From Candidatus Scatosoma sp. (GTDB lineage Bacteria; Bacillota; Clostridia; Christensenellales; Borkfalkiaceae): 64,000 nt of DNA. The stretch covers positions 3,524-67,523 of the forward strand of contig JAZOLI010000092.1 of assembly GCA_045652965.1 (NCBI GenBank). Direction: 5' to 3'. A program made the position numbers and the translations under genes. Under the pieces are notes generated by a model. It was not told where the DNA came from, made no database searches, and worked only from the letters and a program-made list of their open reading frames with translations. This document shows positions 26,714 to 37,861 of this stretch, one piece after another (the stretch's first letter is position 1; each line of letters starts with the position of its first letter).

Positions 26714-27468
26714 TGAAAGATTATATTGCAACGATCGTAAAAAACGAACAAATTGCGGAAAACATCTTCGCCGTCACCTTTGATTTGGGTGAAGAAGCGA
26801 AAGTGCGTGCAGGGCAATTTGGCAACATCGCGGTGGGGGGCACGCACTTGTTGCGCCGTCCCATTGCCATTTGTAAGGCGGAGAAAAATTTCGTCACCTT
26901 TTGCTATCAAATCAAGGGCGAAGGCACGCAAATGCTCAAAAATATGGGGGCAGGTACGAAATTAAACGTTTTAATGCCGCTTGGCAACGGATTTTTCGTG
27001 GAAGAAAACGAGAAGAAGGTTGCGCTTGTCGGCGGCGGCGTGGGCACGTTCCCTTTGATTTCCGTTTTGCGTGAATATGGCGAGAAAAAAGAAATTTCCG
27101 CCTACATCGGCTATCGCAACAAAGGCGCGGTGTGCGGTTTGGAAGAATTTGAAAAGGCGGCGAAATTCGTTGGCGTGACCGACGATGGTAGCTATGGCGA
27201 AAAAATGAACGCCGTGCAAGCGTGTGAAGCCGATTTGAAAGCGGGAAATCGCCCCGACGTGGTGCTTGCTTGCGGACCTACGCCTATGCTTCGCGCGCTC
27301 AAAGCACTCGTTGAAAGAGAAAGCTTAAACTGCTACGTTTCGTTGGAAGAGCGCATGGGTTGCGGTTTCGGTGCGTGCGTGGTTTGCGTGTGCGAAAAAA
27401 CCAACGGAGCGCGCGCAAGAGTGTGCAAAGACGGACCTGTGTTTAACGTGAATGAAGTGAAATTATAA
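26713..27468 (+). CDS. pyrK: Dihydroorotate dehydrogenase electron-transfer subunit
   Basis: FAD/NAD-binding domain RRPIAIC and C-terminal 2Fe-2S cysteines CGFGACVVCVC...CKDGP. Confidence 0.9.
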   Translation: MKDYIATIVKNEQIAENIFAVTFDLGEEAKVRAGQFGNIAVGGTHLLRRPIAICKAEKNFVTFCYQIKGEGTQMLKNMGAGTKLNVLMPLGNGFFVEENEKKVALVGGGVGTFPLISVLREYGEKKEISAYIGYRNKGAVCGLEEFEKAAKFVGVTDDGSYGEKMNAVQACEADLKAGNRPDVVLACGPTPMLRALKALVERESLNCYVSLEERMGCGFGACVVCVCEKTNGARARVCKDGPVFNVNEVKL

Positions 27469-27479
27469 GGAAAAAGATT

Positions 27480-28397
27480 ATGGCGAATTTATCGGTGAAT
27501 ATTTGCGGCGTGGAATTGAAAAACCCCGTGATCGCGGCAAGCGGCACGTTCGGGTTTGGGCGTGAATTTAACGAATTATACGATATCGGCGTGCTTGGCG
27601 GCGTGTCCACCAAAGGCTTGACGATGGAGCTTCGCGCAGGCAACCCCGTGCCGAGAATTGCGGAGAGCCGCGGCGTGATTTTAAACGCGGTGGGCTTGCA
27701 AAACCCTGGCGTGGAACATTTCCTTGAAAAGGATTTAGCATGGCTTAAATCCACGGGCACGTGCGTGATTGCAAACGTGGCAGGCAAAACGCTCGACGAT
27801 TATTTTGCTATTTGCGAAAAGCTCGATGGCAAGGTGGATATGATCGAACTCAACATTTCCTGCCCTAACGTCAAAAGCGGCGGCATGGCGTTTGGTATCA
27901 AGCCTGCATCGGTGGAAGAAGTGACTTCCGTTTCCAAAAGCGCGCTCAAGAAAACGCCTTTGATCGTTAAACTTTCCCCCAACGTCGAAAGCATTGCAAC
28001 GAACGCGGAAGCGGCGGAAAACGGCGGCGCGGATTGTGTTTCTTTGATCAACACGCTCACGGGCATGGCGATCGACATTGAAAGAAGAAGACCCATCATT
28101 GCCAACAACACGGGCGGCGTTTCGGGTGCAGGCGTGAAACCCATTGCCGTGCGCATGGTCTACGAAGCTTCGCAGGCGGTGAAAATCCCCGTGATTGGTA
28201 TGGGCGGCATCACTTGCGCAGAAGATGCGATTGAATTTTTGATGGCAGGGGCGTGCGCCGTACAAGTGGGAACGGCAAACTTCACCGATCCCTTTGCAAT
28301 GCCGAAGATCATCAAGGGTTTGAACGATTGGTGCGATAAGCACGGCGTTGAAAACGTGAGCGACCTTACAGGCACCTTACAGTTAAACGGAAAATAA
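27480..28397 (+). CDS. pyrD: Dihydroorotate dehydrogenase B catalytic subunit
   Basis: LKNPVIAASGTFGFG, ELNISCPNVK and GGVSGAGVKPIA blocks. Confidence 0.95.
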   Translation: MANLSVNICGVELKNPVIAASGTFGFGREFNELYDIGVLGGVSTKGLTMELRAGNPVPRIAESRGVILNAVGLQNPGVEHFLEKDLAWLKSTGTCVIANVAGKTLDDYFAICEKLDGKVDMIELNISCPNVKSGGMAFGIKPASVEEVTSVSKSALKKTPLIVKLSPNVESIATNAEAAENGGADCVSLINTLTGMAIDIERRRPIIANNTGGVSGAGVKPIAVRMVYEASQAVKIPVIGMGGITCAEDAIEFLMAGACAVQVGTANFTDPFAMPKIIKGLNDWCDKHGVENVSDLTGTLQLNGK

Positions 28398-28411
28398 TTA
28401 GGAGAAAGATT

Positions 28412-29077
28412 ATGGAATATACGTACAAACAGGAATTTATCAGATTTATGGTATCCAACGGCGTGCTCAAATTTGGCGAGTTTACGCTCAAAAGCGGAAG
28501 AAAAGCTCCCTATTTTATCAACACGGGGAACTATAAAACGGGCAAACAGCTTGCAAAACTTGGCGAGTATTACGCGGCTTGCATCCAAGAAAACAAGCTG
28601 GAAGCGGACACGCTCGTAGGGCCTGCGTATAAAGGCATTCCCCTTTCCGTTGCAACGGCGATTGCTATGTATCATGGTTATGAAAAGGAAATCAACTATT
28701 GTTTCGATAGAAAGGAAGTGAAAGACCACGGCGAAGGTGGGCTTTTCGTAGGCAAAGAGCTTCAAGACGGTGAAAAGGTGATCATCATCGAAGACGTGAT
28801 GACGTCGGGAAAGGCGCTTCGCGAAATTTTGCCCAAACTCCAAGCTGCGGCAAACGTGGAAATCGTGGGCATGATCATTTCCGTAGATCGCAGAGAAAAG
28901 GCGCTTGATAGCGAGCTTTCCGCTGTTGCCGAAGCGAAAAAACAATTCGGCGTGGACGTTTATTCGGTTGTGACGATGGACGATATCATCGCGGCGATTG
29001 AAGACGGCGTAATCGACGGCAAGGAACACCTTTCCGCGATGTATAAATATCGCAACACCTACGGCGCGAGCCTGTAA
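28412..29077 (+). CDS. pyrE: Orotate phosphoribosyltransferase
   Basis: FGEFTLKSGRKAPYFIN and the PRPP motif VIIIEDVMTSGKA. Confidence 0.9.
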   Translation: MEYTYKQEFIRFMVSNGVLKFGEFTLKSGRKAPYFINTGNYKTGKQLAKLGEYYAACIQENKLEADTLVGPAYKGIPLSVATAIAMYHGYEKEINYCFDRKEVKDHGEGGLFVGKELQDGEKVIIIEDVMTSGKALREILPKLQAAANVEIVGMIISVDRREKALDSELSAVAEAKKQFGVDVYSVVTMDDIIAAIEDGVIDGKEHLSAMYKYRNTYGASL

Positions 29078-29238
29078 ATGCGTTTTTCGCCCCAAACGGG
29101 CGCGGACGGACGGTTTTTATAAGCTTGCATATTGCGCGTTTCAAAAGCAAGGGCGGCGATTGCGCAAGCAAAACAAAACGCCACAACGGCTAAAAATATA
29201 CGTTTCATAAAAACAGTATGCGTTAAAATGGAGAAATT

Positions 29239-30282
29239 ATGAAAAACATTATTCTTACGGGCGATCGCCCTACGGGGAAATTGCATATCGGGCACTACGT
29301 GGGCTCGTTAAAGCGCCGCGTGGAGTTGCAAAACAGTGGTAAATTTGACGAAATTTACGTGATGATTGCCGATGCGCAAGCGCTCACCGACAATTTTGAC
29401 AACCCCGATAAGGTGCGCGCGAATATCACGGAAGTTGCGCTTGATTATCTTGCGTGTGGGCTCGATCCGAAAAAATCAACGATTTTCGTGCAATCGCATA
29501 TCGAACAACTCACGGAACTTACCTTCTATTATATGAATTTAGTCACGCTCGCGCGGCTCGAGAGAAACCCGACGGTGAAAGCGGAAATAAAGCAAAAGAA
29601 TTTTGAACATTCGTTGCCCATGGGCTTTTTAACATATCCCGTGTCGCAAACGGCGGATATCACGGCGTTTAAAGCGAACGTCGTGCCTGTGGGCGAAGAT
29701 CAACTTCCCATGCTTGAACAGGCGCGCGAGATCGTGCGTAGCTTTAACGGGTTATACGGCGAAACGCTCGTAGAGCCCAAAGCCGTGCTTCCCGACAACA
29801 AATCGTGTTTGCGTTTGCCTGGCACGGACGGCATGGCAAAGATGAGCAAATCGCTTGGGAATTGTATCTACCTTTCCGATAGCGCCGACGAAATCAAGCG
29901 CAAAGTGATGGGTATGTACACCGATCCTAACCATATCATGGTTTCCGATCCCGGCGACACGAAGAACAACCCCACGTTTATTTATTTGGATGCGTTTTCT
30001 TCGAAAGAGCATTTTGAAAGATATTTACCCGAATATGCGAATTTGGATGAGCTCAAAGCGCATTACCAGCGCGGCGGGTTGGGCGATATGAAAGTGAAGA
30101 AATTCCTAAACGCCGTGATGCAGGAAACGTTAGAGCCGATCAGGTTGCGTAGAGAAGAGCTTGCAAAGGATATACCTGCCGTTTGGGCGATGCTCAAAAC
30201 GGGAAGCGAAAAGGCAAGAGAAGTTGCCGCGCAAACGCTTAGCGAAGTGAAACGGGCGATGAAAATCAATTATTTTGAATAA
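29239..30282 (+). CDS. trpS: Tryptophan--tRNA ligase
   Basis: [15 protein letters not shown] (HIGH region) and KMSKS in a 347-aa protein. Confidence 0.9.
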   Translation: MKNIILTGDRPTGKLHIGHYVGSLKRRVELQNSGKFDEIYVMIADAQALTDNFDNPDKVRANITEVALDYLACGLDPKKSTIFVQSHIEQLTELTFYYMNLVTLARLERNPTVKAEIKQKNFEHSLPMGFLTYPVSQTADITAFKANVVPVGEDQLPMLEQAREIVRSFNGLYGETLVEPKAVLPDNKSCLRLPGTDGMAKMSKSLGNCIYLSDSADEIKRKVMGMYTDPNHIMVSDPGDTKNNPTFIYLDAFSSKEHFERYLPEYANLDELKAHYQRGGLGDMKVKKFLNAVMQETLEPIRLRREELAKDIPAVWAMLKTGSEKAREVAAQTLSEVKRAMKINYFE

Positions 30283-30289
30283 GAAAAAA

Positions 30290-30328
30290 CGCGGACTGTT
30301 TGAAAACAGTCCGCGAAATTTTTTTTTG
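30290..30328. terminator. Bidirectional terminator between the convergent trpS and aminopeptidase genes
   Basis: Perfect 11-bp stem cgcggactgtt / aacagtccgcg, flanked by an A-run upstream and a T-run downstream. Confidence 0.8.
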
Positions 30329-30339
30329 TTTTGGTTTTG

Positions 30340-31620
30340 TTACGCGATGGTAAAGCCGTCCTTTTCTGCGATAAAATCGGAAGAATAGAACGCCGTCAAG
30401 CCGCTTACAAGCTCCGCATAATCGGAAGAAGCAAAACATTCGCAAGCGGAATGCATAGCAAGTTGCGCAAGCCCGATGTCCGCGCCTGCAATCCCTAAAC
30501 GCGTTAAAGCGGAAACGCCGAGCGTTGAGCCGCTGCGCACGTCCGAGCGGTTGAAAAAGTTTTGATAGGAAACGCCTGCCTTTTCAAACACCCTTTTCAC
30601 CACGGCGGAAGAGATGGCGTCCGTCACGTATGCGCCGCAAGCGTGCGATTTAATCACCACGCCGCCGCCAAGCAACGTCTTGTTGGTGGGATCGCTCTTT
30701 TCGGGGTGGTTGGGATGCAACGCATGCGCGTTATCCACCGAAAGGAAGAAAGAAGTTGCGAGCGCTTTGTAAAATTCGTTGTCGTCGAAGTGGAATGCAT
30801 AAGCAATGCGACGGAGCACGTTTTCAAGGAAATCGCCACCTGCGCCTTGCGTGGAATGGCTGCCGATTTCTTCGTGATGCATAAGCGCCGCCACGCAAAC
30901 GCCGTTGCCATCCGCTTTGTTTTCAAGCGCTTCCAAGCTCGCGAAAACGCTCGTTAAGTTGTCGATACGGGGGGAAGAGAGAAACTCGTCGTTGACGCCG
31001 AACGTGTAAGGTTTTTCCGCGTTTACGACAAATAAATCGTGAGAGAGTACGCGCGTTTCACCTGCGATTTTTTCCAGCCATTCACCTTCGCTGCCGGCAA
31101 GCGACAAAAGGGGCAAAAGGTCGATTTGCGCGTTCACGGCAAAGCCTTCGTTTACGCCACGGTTTTGGTGCACGGCAAGCGATGGAATGCATACGTTAAA
31201 AGGCGATTCCACGATTTGCGCGAACACTTTGTCTCCGTCCTGTTTCACCACTCTACCTGCAATTTTCAAAGGGCGGTCGAAGAAAGAATACCAAACGCCG
31301 CCGCCATAGGGCTCTACGTTCAAAACGGCGCAGTTTTCCGTTTTTTTCACCGGATTTTCCTTAAGTTTGAGTGCGGGGGAATCAACGTGGGAAGCCACGA
31401 TTTTATAAGAAAAACGATCAAGCCCACCAACGGTAAACGCGATCAAGCTCGCGCCGCGTTCTACAAAATATTTCCCACCTTCTAAAAGCTCGAAATCTTC
31501 CGTTTCCAAAAGGGGAACGAAGCCGTTTTTCAAAAGCTCGTCGCGCGCGTTTTCCTTTGCGTGATAAGCTGTGAGTGAATTTTCCAAAAAGCTAGTTAAA
31601 CGTTGCATTTTTTCCGTCAT
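30340..31620 (-). CDS. M18-family (aspartyl) aminopeptidase
   Basis: ASHVDSPALKLK, HHEEIGSHSTQGA and HSACE blocks. ATG 31620 is used; the ORF-track start 31767 runs through the divergent promoter region. Confidence 0.8.
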   Translation of the reverse strand: MTEKMQRLTSFLENSLTAYHAKENARDELLKNGFVPLLETEDFELLEGGKYFVERGASLIAFTVGGLDRFSYKIVASHVDSPALKLKENPVKKTENCAVLNVEPYGGGVWYSFFDRPLKIAGRVVKQDGDKVFAQIVESPFNVCIPSLAVHQNRGVNEGFAVNAQIDLLPLLSLAGSEGEWLEKIAGETRVLSHDLFVVNAEKPYTFGVNDEFLSSPRIDNLTSVFASLEALENKADGNGVCVAALMHHEEIGSHSTQGAGGDFLENVLRRIAYAFHFDDNEFYKALATSFFLSVDNAHALHPNHPEKSDPTNKTLLGGGVVIKSHACGAYVTDAISSAVVKRVFEKAGVSYQNFFNRSDVRSGSTLGVSALTRLGIAGADIGLAQLAMHSACECFASSDYAELVSGLTAFYSSDFIAEKDGFTIA

Positions 31621-31752
31621 AATTTTACACCTCGCTTCTATTCTATCATTTTTTTTATGCTTTGACAAGTGTTTTCGACAAGTTTCGTTTGGCAAAAACA
31701 AATGAAAAAATGAAAATATACTGAAAATAAAAGGAAGGCGATAATTTTCCAC

Positions 31753-31780
31753 TTGACAAAAGCGCAAAATCGCGTATAAT
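31753..31780 (+). promoter_or_regulatory. Sigma-70-type promoter of the ABC transporter gene
   Basis: TTGACA (31753-31758), 16-nt spacer, TATAAT (31775-31780). Confidence 0.6.
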
Positions 31781-31836
31781 TATATTTGAGAAATTATAGA
31801 TAAAATTAAGCGAAAAAGTATCGGGAGAAAGAACGT

Positions 31837-34734
31837 ATGTTGCAACTTAAAAACGTTAAAAAAGATTACGTGACGGCAGGGAACGTCGTGCAAGCGCTCC
31901 GCGGCGTGTCACTTAGATTTCGCAAAAACGAGTTTGTGTCCATTCTCGGCGCATCCGGTTGCGGAAAAACCACCCTTTTGAACATTATCGGCGGCTTGGA
32001 TCATTATACGTCGGGCGATCTTGTCATTTGTGGCAAATCCACCAAAGATTATAAGGATCACGATTGGGACGTTTATAGAAATCACCGCATTGGGTTCGTG
32101 TTTCAATCGTATAATTTAATTCCCCACCAAACGGTGCTTACGAACGTGGAGCTTGCGCTCACGATTGCAGGCGTTTCCAAACGAGAAAGAAGACGTAGAG
32201 CGACGGAAGCACTTATCAAAGTGGGGCTTAAAAGCGAACTCCACAAACGCCCTAACCAACTTTCGGGTGGACAAATGCAACGTGTGGCAATTGCTCGTGC
32301 GCTTGTAAACAACCCCGAAATTTTGCTTGCTGACGAGCCTACGGGCGCGCTCGACACGACGACAAGCGTGCAAATCATGGAGCTTATCCGTGAAATCGCA
32401 GGTGAGCGGCTCGTGATTATGGTCACGCACAACCCCGAACTTGCGGAAGAATATTCTTCGCGTATCGTGCGCCTTCAAGATGGTTTGCTCGTTTCTGATT
32501 CTAACCCTTATAACGGGATTGAAGAGTTGGACGGCGACGAGCGAGCTTTCAACCCTAAGGTAAATTATCAAGACGTGGAAGTGAATTGCCCCAAATGCGG
32601 TACTCGTTTATTCCTTTGCGGCGTGCACCCCATGCGCGGTTCGAAAGCGACTTGTCCCATTTGTGATGAAAATTTTAGCCTGAAACCAAAGCCTAAAATG
32701 GTAGAAAAGCCTGCACCTACGATTGAGCCTAAAAAATCGAGAAAGGAACGCAAAAAAGAAGCAAAGCGCAAGAAAAAAGAAAACGCTTCCATGTCGTATG
32801 CAACGTCGCTCGGGCTTTCCGCTCGCAATTTGGCAACCAAAAAAGGCAGAACGGCGGTCACGTCGGTGGCAGGAAGCATCGGTATCATCAGCGTATGCTT
32901 GGTGCTTGCGCTCTCCAACGGCTTTAACGGATATATCAAAAAAACGCAGGAAGATATGCTCTCTTCCTATCCCCTTGAAATCACCGAAACTACGCTCAAC
33001 GTGGAAGCGATTATGTCGGGTATGACCGCCGCAACCGATTTGCCCGATTTGGACAAAATCAAAGATCGCGTCTACGTCAACTCGTTTTTGACGAATATCG
33101 CGCAGGGCATGACGGTGACGAACAATCTTTCCGATGACTATATCGAATATTTGGAAAGCATGGACGAAAGCTTATATACGGCGATCGTATACGGCACGGG
33201 CATGTCCTTATCCAACAACCTTTACACGCAAGTGCAGGTGGAAGAAAACGGAAAGACGGTGGAAAAGGTAATGTCCCTTTCCGAGCTTAAATCCTATTAC
33301 ACTTTCCAACTTACCCAGCAGGAAGAAAAGTATGCTAGCCTTGCTTATCTTGTCGATTATCTGGGTAGTGTTTATGGCAAAATGCCCGGCACGACGGATG
33401 TAAGCAGCGATAAATTTGGCGATTACGTGCTCTCTCAATACGACGTAATTGAAGGGGATTTCCCAAAAGAAGCAAACGAAGCGGTGCTAGTTGTGGGAAG
33501 CAACAACGACGTGACCGATTTGACGCTTGCACAGCTTGGCTTTATCGGTGAAAAGGAATTTTTAGCACTCTTCCCGCAGGAAGGCGAAGACGTTGGCGAT
33601 AGCAAAGATTATGAAACCATGATCGGCTTTAACAAGATTGTTGGCAAAAAGTTTATGCTCAATTATAACGACGCTATTTACACGCCTTCTGATGATAGCT
33701 CCGCTTATTTATACGATTATCAAAAATCGAGAACGGAGATTGGAAAGGATGGGGAAGATGGCAAGCTTATCACCATTTCGGGCATCTTGCGTTTGAAAGA
33801 CGGATATAACTACGGATGCCTTACAAGCGGTTTATATTTGACGGAACAGGTATGCAATGAATATTTAGAAGTGAATATGAAATCCGAGCTTTCCACAACG
33901 ATTTTAGAGCAATCGGGCAGCGCGAACAAGTTTGGCACGCTCGTGCAAGAGCTTGCTTCGCTTACCCAAGGCTCGCCAGAATATATGCAAAAGATCATGG
34001 AGCTTATGAGCTTTTTGAAAACGTGTAAGCCTGCCGCGGAAAATTTGTTGGAATATTATATCGCAGGAGATGCTATGGCAGGAGATGAAAGCGGCAACAT
34101 GGCGGATGCGCTTAAAGGATACTATTTCTTATACGGCGACACGGCGATACGCGCGGTTGGCGGCAAAGATACCGTCAATTCCATTCAAATTTACACCGAC
34201 GATTTCGATTCCAAAGAGCAAATCCTTTTATGGCTGGATACGTGGAACGACGAACACGAAACGGGCGATCAAGTGAAATATACCGACACGGTTGGCATGA
34301 TGATGACGATGGTGGAAACGATTTTGAACGCGATCACCTACGTGCTCGTGGCGTTCACGGCAATCTCGCTCGTCGTGTCGTCGGTTATGATCGGGATCAT
34401 CACTTACGTATCGGTGGTGGAGAGAACGAAAGAAATTGGTGTGCTTCGCTCGCTTGGCGCAAGAAAGAAAGATATTAAAAACCTTTTCAATGCCGAAACG
34501 TTTATCATCGGGCTTTCTTCGGGTGTGTTCGGCGTTGTGGTGACGTATGCGCTTCAATTTGCGGTCAATGCAATCTTGGGCACGCTTACGGGCATTTCTA
34601 CGCTCGCCGCGCTTCCCATCACTTCGGCGCTTATTATGGTTGCCGTGAGCATTGTCTTAACGCTCATCAGCGGTTTGATCCCTGCTTCGGCAGCGGCTAA
34701 GAAAGATCCTGTGATTGCGCTTCGCACCGAATAA
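31837..34734 (+). CDS. MacB/FtsX-type ABC transporter, with ATPase and permease fused in one 965-aa polypeptide and a zinc-ribbon insert
   Basis: Walker [10 protein letters not shown], signature [15 protein letters not shown], Walker [15 protein letters not shown]...CPICD ribbon and a Lys-rich linker follow. The protein continues through a TM helix and a large extracytoplasmic domain to a C-terminal FtsX-like 3-TM bundle ([15 protein letters not shown]). Confidence 0.8.
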   Translation: MLQLKNVKKDYVTAGNVVQALRGVSLRFRKNEFVSILGASGCGKTTLLNIIGGLDHYTSGDLVICGKSTKDYKDHDWDVYRNHRIGFVFQSYNLIPHQTVLTNVELALTIAGVSKRERRRRATEALIKVGLKSELHKRPNQLSGGQMQRVAIARALVNNPEILLADEPTGALDTTTSVQIMELIREIAGERLVIMVTHNPELAEEYSSRIVRLQDGLLVSDSNPYNGIEELDGDERAFNPKVNYQDVEVNCPKCGTRLFLCGVHPMRGSKATCPICDENFSLKPKPKMVEKPAPTIEPKKSRKERKKEAKRKKKENASMSYATSLGLSARNLATKKGRTAVTSVAGSIGIISVCLVLALSNGFNGYIKKTQEDMLSSYPLEITETTLNVEAIMSGMTAATDLPDLDKIKDRVYVNSFLTNIAQGMTVTNNLSDDYIEYLESMDESLYTAIVYGTGMSLSNNLYTQVQVEENGKTVEKVMSLSELKSYYTFQLTQQEEKYASLAYLVDYLGSVYGKMPGTTDVSSDKFGDYVLSQYDVIEGDFPKEANEAVLVVGSNNDVTDLTLAQLGFIGEKEFLALFPQEGEDVGDSKDYETMIGFNKIVGKKFMLNYNDAIYTPSDDSSAYLYDYQKSRTEIGKDGEDGKLITISGILRLKDGYNYGCLTSGLYLTEQVCNEYLEVNMKSELSTTILEQSGSANKFGTLVQELASLTQGSPEYMQKIMELMSFLKTCKPAAENLLEYYIAGDAMAGDESGNMADALKGYYFLYGDTAIRAVGGKDTVNSIQIYTDDFDSKEQILLWLDTWNDEHETGDQVKYTDTVGMMMTMVETILNAITYVLVAFTAISLVVSSVMIGIITYVSVVERTKEIGVLRSLGARKKDIKNLFNAETFIIGLSSGVFGVVVTYALQFAVNAILGTLTGISTLAALPITSALIMVAVSIVLTLISGLIPASAAAKKDPVIALRTE

Positions 34735-34838
34735 GCAAAATTCGTATAGCACGGCGTTTTAAGGTATAGAAGAAGAGAATAAATCTCCTCTGCATAAATC
34801 CCAAAATGCGAAACATACTGTTTTCAGGAGGGAAAATT

Positions 34839-35066
34839 ATGCGAGTGATCAACGTTATCTCTTATATTTTGGTAATCGTCGGTGCGATCAACTGGGGTTT
34901 GTTCGGTTTGTTCGATCTCAATCTCGTTTCGCAAGTGTTTGCGGGTGCGAGAACGGTTGGCTCGATCATCACCTATTCGATTATCGCGCTTGCGGCGCTT
35001 TGGCTGATTCTTTCGCCGTTTATCACGGACGGCGTGCTTTGGCTCAAAAGCAGACGCGCAGAGTAA
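34839..35066 (+). CDS. DUF378-family small membrane protein
   Basis: VGAINWGLFGLFDLNLV signature, two TM helices, 75 aa. Confidence 0.7.
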   Translation: MRVINVISYILVIVGAINWGLFGLFDLNLVSQVFAGARTVGSIITYSIIALAALWLILSPFITDGVLWLKSRRAE

Positions 35067-35187
35067 GTAAATGAAAGAAAAGCGGATTTTCCTGCAAAAG
35101 GAAGTCCGCTTTTTTTTGTTAAGCATATTGACATTTCACTTTCTATATAGTATAATAAGTTTAGAAAAATCTCAAAGGAGAGAAAAA

Positions 35188-35793
35188 ATGATGTTAAACG
35201 GATTGCTTATGAGCACAGGCGGTTGGATCGCTATCGTGGCGGTTATCGTGGTGGTTTTGGCGATTGCCTTGCTCGCTTGGTGGATTGGCACGCGCAACGA
35301 TTTCGTGCGCCTGAAAAACAAAGTGGAAGAAGCTTGGGCGACGATCGACGTGTTTTTGAAAAAACGTTATGATTTGATCCCCAACCTTGTGGAAACGGTG
35401 AAAGGGTACGCCAAGCACGAAAATGAAACGCTCAAAGAAGTGGTGGCGGCGAGAAACGTTGCTATGAACGCAAAGACGGCGGCGGAAAAAGTGAACGCGG
35501 AAAACGGCTTAACCAATTCCCTTCGCACCTTCTTCTCAGCAGTTTCTGAAAGCTATCCCGATTTGAAAGCAAATTCTAATTTCTTGGATTTGCAAAATCA
35601 ACTCAAATCGATTGAAAGCGAACTTGAAAGCTCCCGTCGCTATTATAACGGCGTTGTTAAAACGTTCAACACTAAGCTTGAAATTTTCCCTGCGAATATC
35701 GTGGGTAGCCGCATGGGTGAAGATTATAAAAAGCGTCCCTATTTCGAGCTGGATAGCGCGGAAGAGAGAAAGAACGTGAAAGTTCAGTTTTAA
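35188..35793 (+). CDS. LemA-family protein
   Basis: N-terminal TM helix followed by RNDFVRLKNKVEEAWATIDVFLKKRYDLIPNLVETVKGYAKHE and RRYYNG. RBS AAAGGAGAG lies upstream. Confidence 0.85.
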   Translation: MMLNGLLMSTGGWIAIVAVIVVVLAIALLAWWIGTRNDFVRLKNKVEEAWATIDVFLKKRYDLIPNLVETVKGYAKHENETLKEVVAARNVAMNAKTAAEKVNAENGLTNSLRTFFSAVSESYPDLKANSNFLDLQNQLKSIESELESSRRYYNGVVKTFNTKLEIFPANIVGSRMGEDYKKRPYFELDSAEERKNVKVQF

Positions 35794-35796
35794 ATC

Positions 35797-37797
35797 ATGA
35801 AAAATATTTACACAAAGAAAAAGCGGCTTGTTTTTAAAGCCGCTCTGTTTCTCTTAACCCTTCTTTGCACTTTCATTTTCCCCTTTGTAGGGGGCAGGTA
35901 TAGAGCGAACGCGGTGCAAGCTTCCGCTGATGACTATCCCTACGACATCATAAAGGTGCACAGCTATCAAGTTGACGTGAACGTTCGCAAGGATAGAAAG
36001 GTAGAAGTCAAAGAGAAAATCAAGGTCGAATTTTTGGCTTCGGGGTTGAGTAGGTTTTATCGTTCCCTGCCCATCGAAAACACGCGCTATACGAACGTTG
36101 TGGCATCGTGTGCTGGAAATGACAAATTTTTCTACACGGTTGAAGATAACCCCGATATGAGCGGATTTATCGATATCAACTGTGTGGGCGGCGCTGAGCG
36201 TGGCAACGTTTGGACGTATGACATTTCCTACACGGTGGAGCGTGGCGGAAACGAAATAGAAAACGGCATGCTCATCGACGTGATAGGCTACGGTTGGTCG
36301 GTGCCCTTAAACGACGTTTCCGTCAACGTGCATTTCCCTGCGGCGGTGGAGGAAGAGAGTTTAGAGCTTTATTCGGGAGGTTATGGCGCTAGCGGCAACG
36401 ATGCGAGCGTTGTGATGCAGCTTTCCGCCGACAAGAAATCGCTTACCCTTACGGCGGAACGGTTGGAAGTCGTTTATAACGATTATTATTCTGAAAAAAT
36501 GGCGCAAGGCATCACGCTTGGGTTTGTCCTTGGAGAAGGCGTGTTAAAGGATTATACGAGCACGAGAATATTTACCGATGACATGTGGAAAATCGTGCTT
36601 GCCATGGGAATTGCAATCGGGCTTGGCTTGCTTGCGCTCTTGTTCACGCCGTCGAAAAAGGAGATTATCACAACCGTAAACATCAAAGCTCCCGATCAAA
36701 TGGATCCTATGAAAATGGGTAAATTGATTGACGGTACGGTGGATGGCGAAGACGTGACGTCTATGCTCTATTATTTCGCGCATAAGGGCTATTTGGCGAT
36801 TGATTTTGCAAACGAAGATGATCCGCGATTTATTCAAAAGGTGACAACGCTTCCCGAAACGGAATCGGTGCACGCGCGCACCCTTTTCAATGGTTTGTTT
36901 GCGCGCGCGGATAGGGAAGTGATTGCAGGAAAAACGCCTTTCGATGACGACACGGTGATTATCTCTACGCGCGTTTCGCGCTTAAAGCACAAATTCTACG
37001 AAACCGCGGACAAGGCGATCAAACAAACGACGAACGTGAAAATGTATGAGCCGAAATCGGTGGCGTTCTACGTGCTTGGCGGTGTAATCGGTTTGCTTTG
37101 CGGTTTGATCTTGCCCCTTGTTTTGAGCTTTGCAGTCGGTGGCGGATATACGTGTTTTGACGGGATTGCGTTCTTCGTGCCGATTGTGGCGATTTTGATT
37201 TTGGGTTTGCTTAAAGAAAACTATCGCTATAAATGGAAGAAATCCGCTTTGCTCGGCATGACGGCGGCGCAAATAGGCGTGGCAGCGTTGTTTGCGTTGA
37301 TTTTCATTGCCTTTTTCGCTCCTCACGTTTTGACGGGTTATGAAAAAGCGGTGGTGTGCATGGGCGCGTTGCTTCCTACCTTTTTCACGCTCGATAAACT
37401 TGCCCGAACGGAAAAATATCGTGAAACGCTTGGGCAAATTTTAGGCTTTAAGGATTTTATCGTCGTGACGGAAGAAGAGAAAATCGAGTTTATGTTAAAG
37501 GAAAATCCCGAGCTTTATTATAAAGTGTTGCCGTATGCGCAGGTTTTGGGTGTGACGGATGCGTGGGAGAAGAAATTTGAAAACATCACGCTCGCTCCGC
37601 CCGATTGGTGCATGGGCTCGCATATGACGGTGTTTGATTATATGCTCATCAATCATTCGATGACGAGAGCGATGCACACGGCGCTTGCCCGCCCTGATAG
37701 CGCGGGCGGCTCGTTTATCGGCAGAAGCGGCGGTGGTGGCGGCTTCGGTGGCTTTGGTGGCGGCGGCTTCGGCGGTGGTGGCGGCGGAGCACGGTAA
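35797..37797 (+). CDS. DUF2207-family membrane protein (usual LemA partner)
   Basis: Signal/TM N-terminus, extracellular domain, multiple TM helices and a Gly-rich tail GGGGFGGFGGGGFGGGGGGAR. It starts 4 nt after lemA. Confidence 0.75.
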   Translation: MKNIYTKKKRLVFKAALFLLTLLCTFIFPFVGGRYRANAVQASADDYPYDIIKVHSYQVDVNVRKDRKVEVKEKIKVEFLASGLSRFYRSLPIENTRYTNVVASCAGNDKFFYTVEDNPDMSGFIDINCVGGAERGNVWTYDISYTVERGGNEIENGMLIDVIGYGWSVPLNDVSVNVHFPAAVEEESLELYSGGYGASGNDASVVMQLSADKKSLTLTAERLEVVYNDYYSEKMAQGITLGFVLGEGVLKDYTSTRIFTDDMWKIVLAMGIAIGLGLLALLFTPSKKEIITTVNIKAPDQMDPMKMGKLIDGTVDGEDVTSMLYYFAHKGYLAIDFANEDDPRFIQKVTTLPETESVHARTLFNGLFARADREVIAGKTPFDDDTVIISTRVSRLKHKFYETADKAIKQTTNVKMYEPKSVAFYVLGGVIGLLCGLILPLVLSFAVGGGYTCFDGIAFFVPIVAILILGLLKENYRYKWKKSALLGMTAAQIGVAALFALIFIAFFAPHVLTGYEKAVVCMGALLPTFFTLDKLARTEKYRETLGQILGFKDFIVVTEEEKIEFMLKENPELYYKVLPYAQVLGVTDAWEKKFENITLAPPDWCMGSHMTVFDYMLINHSMTRAMHTALARPDSAGGSFIGRSGGGGGFGGFGGGGFGGGGGGAR

Positions 37798-37819
37798 AGA
37801 AAAAACGAAATAAAAACAA

Positions 37820-37850
37820 AGCCCCCCGCTCATTGCGAGCGGGGGCGTTT
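37820..37850. terminator. Stem-loop between the convergent DUF2207 and YegP-repeat genes
   Basis: Stem cccccgctc / gagcggggg followed by cgtttt. Confidence 0.65.
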
Positions 37851-37861
37851 TACGTTTAAAA

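Noticed and set aside
29059-29208. 49-aa hydrophobic peptide ORF (MKRIFLAVVAFCFACAIAALAF...) on the minus strand between pyrE and trpS.
   Set aside because: It has no SD and overlaps the pyrE 3' end. It lies in the trpS promoter region on the opposite strand. It cannot be supported without expression or conservation data.
29078-29238. Looked for a T-box leader upstream of trpS.
   Set aside because: Only about 160 nt are available. I see no specifier-loop / AGAGA / T-box (AAnnnGGGUGGUACCGCG-like) elements and no terminator/antiterminator pair.
31621-31767. N-terminal extensions offered by the ORF track: the M18 peptidase to 31767, the SLOG gene to 11489, csp from 3871, the SH3-like gene to 52985, lemA from 35071 and ssb to 18140.
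   Set aside because: The extensions run through promoter or UTR sequence or antisense through neighbouring genes. Internal ATGs with an SD and family-typical N-termini are preferred.
37735-37790. GGC/GGT-rich periodic tract.
   Set aside because: It encodes the Gly-rich C-terminal tail (GGGGFGGFGGGGFGGGGGG) that is typical of DUF2207 proteins.
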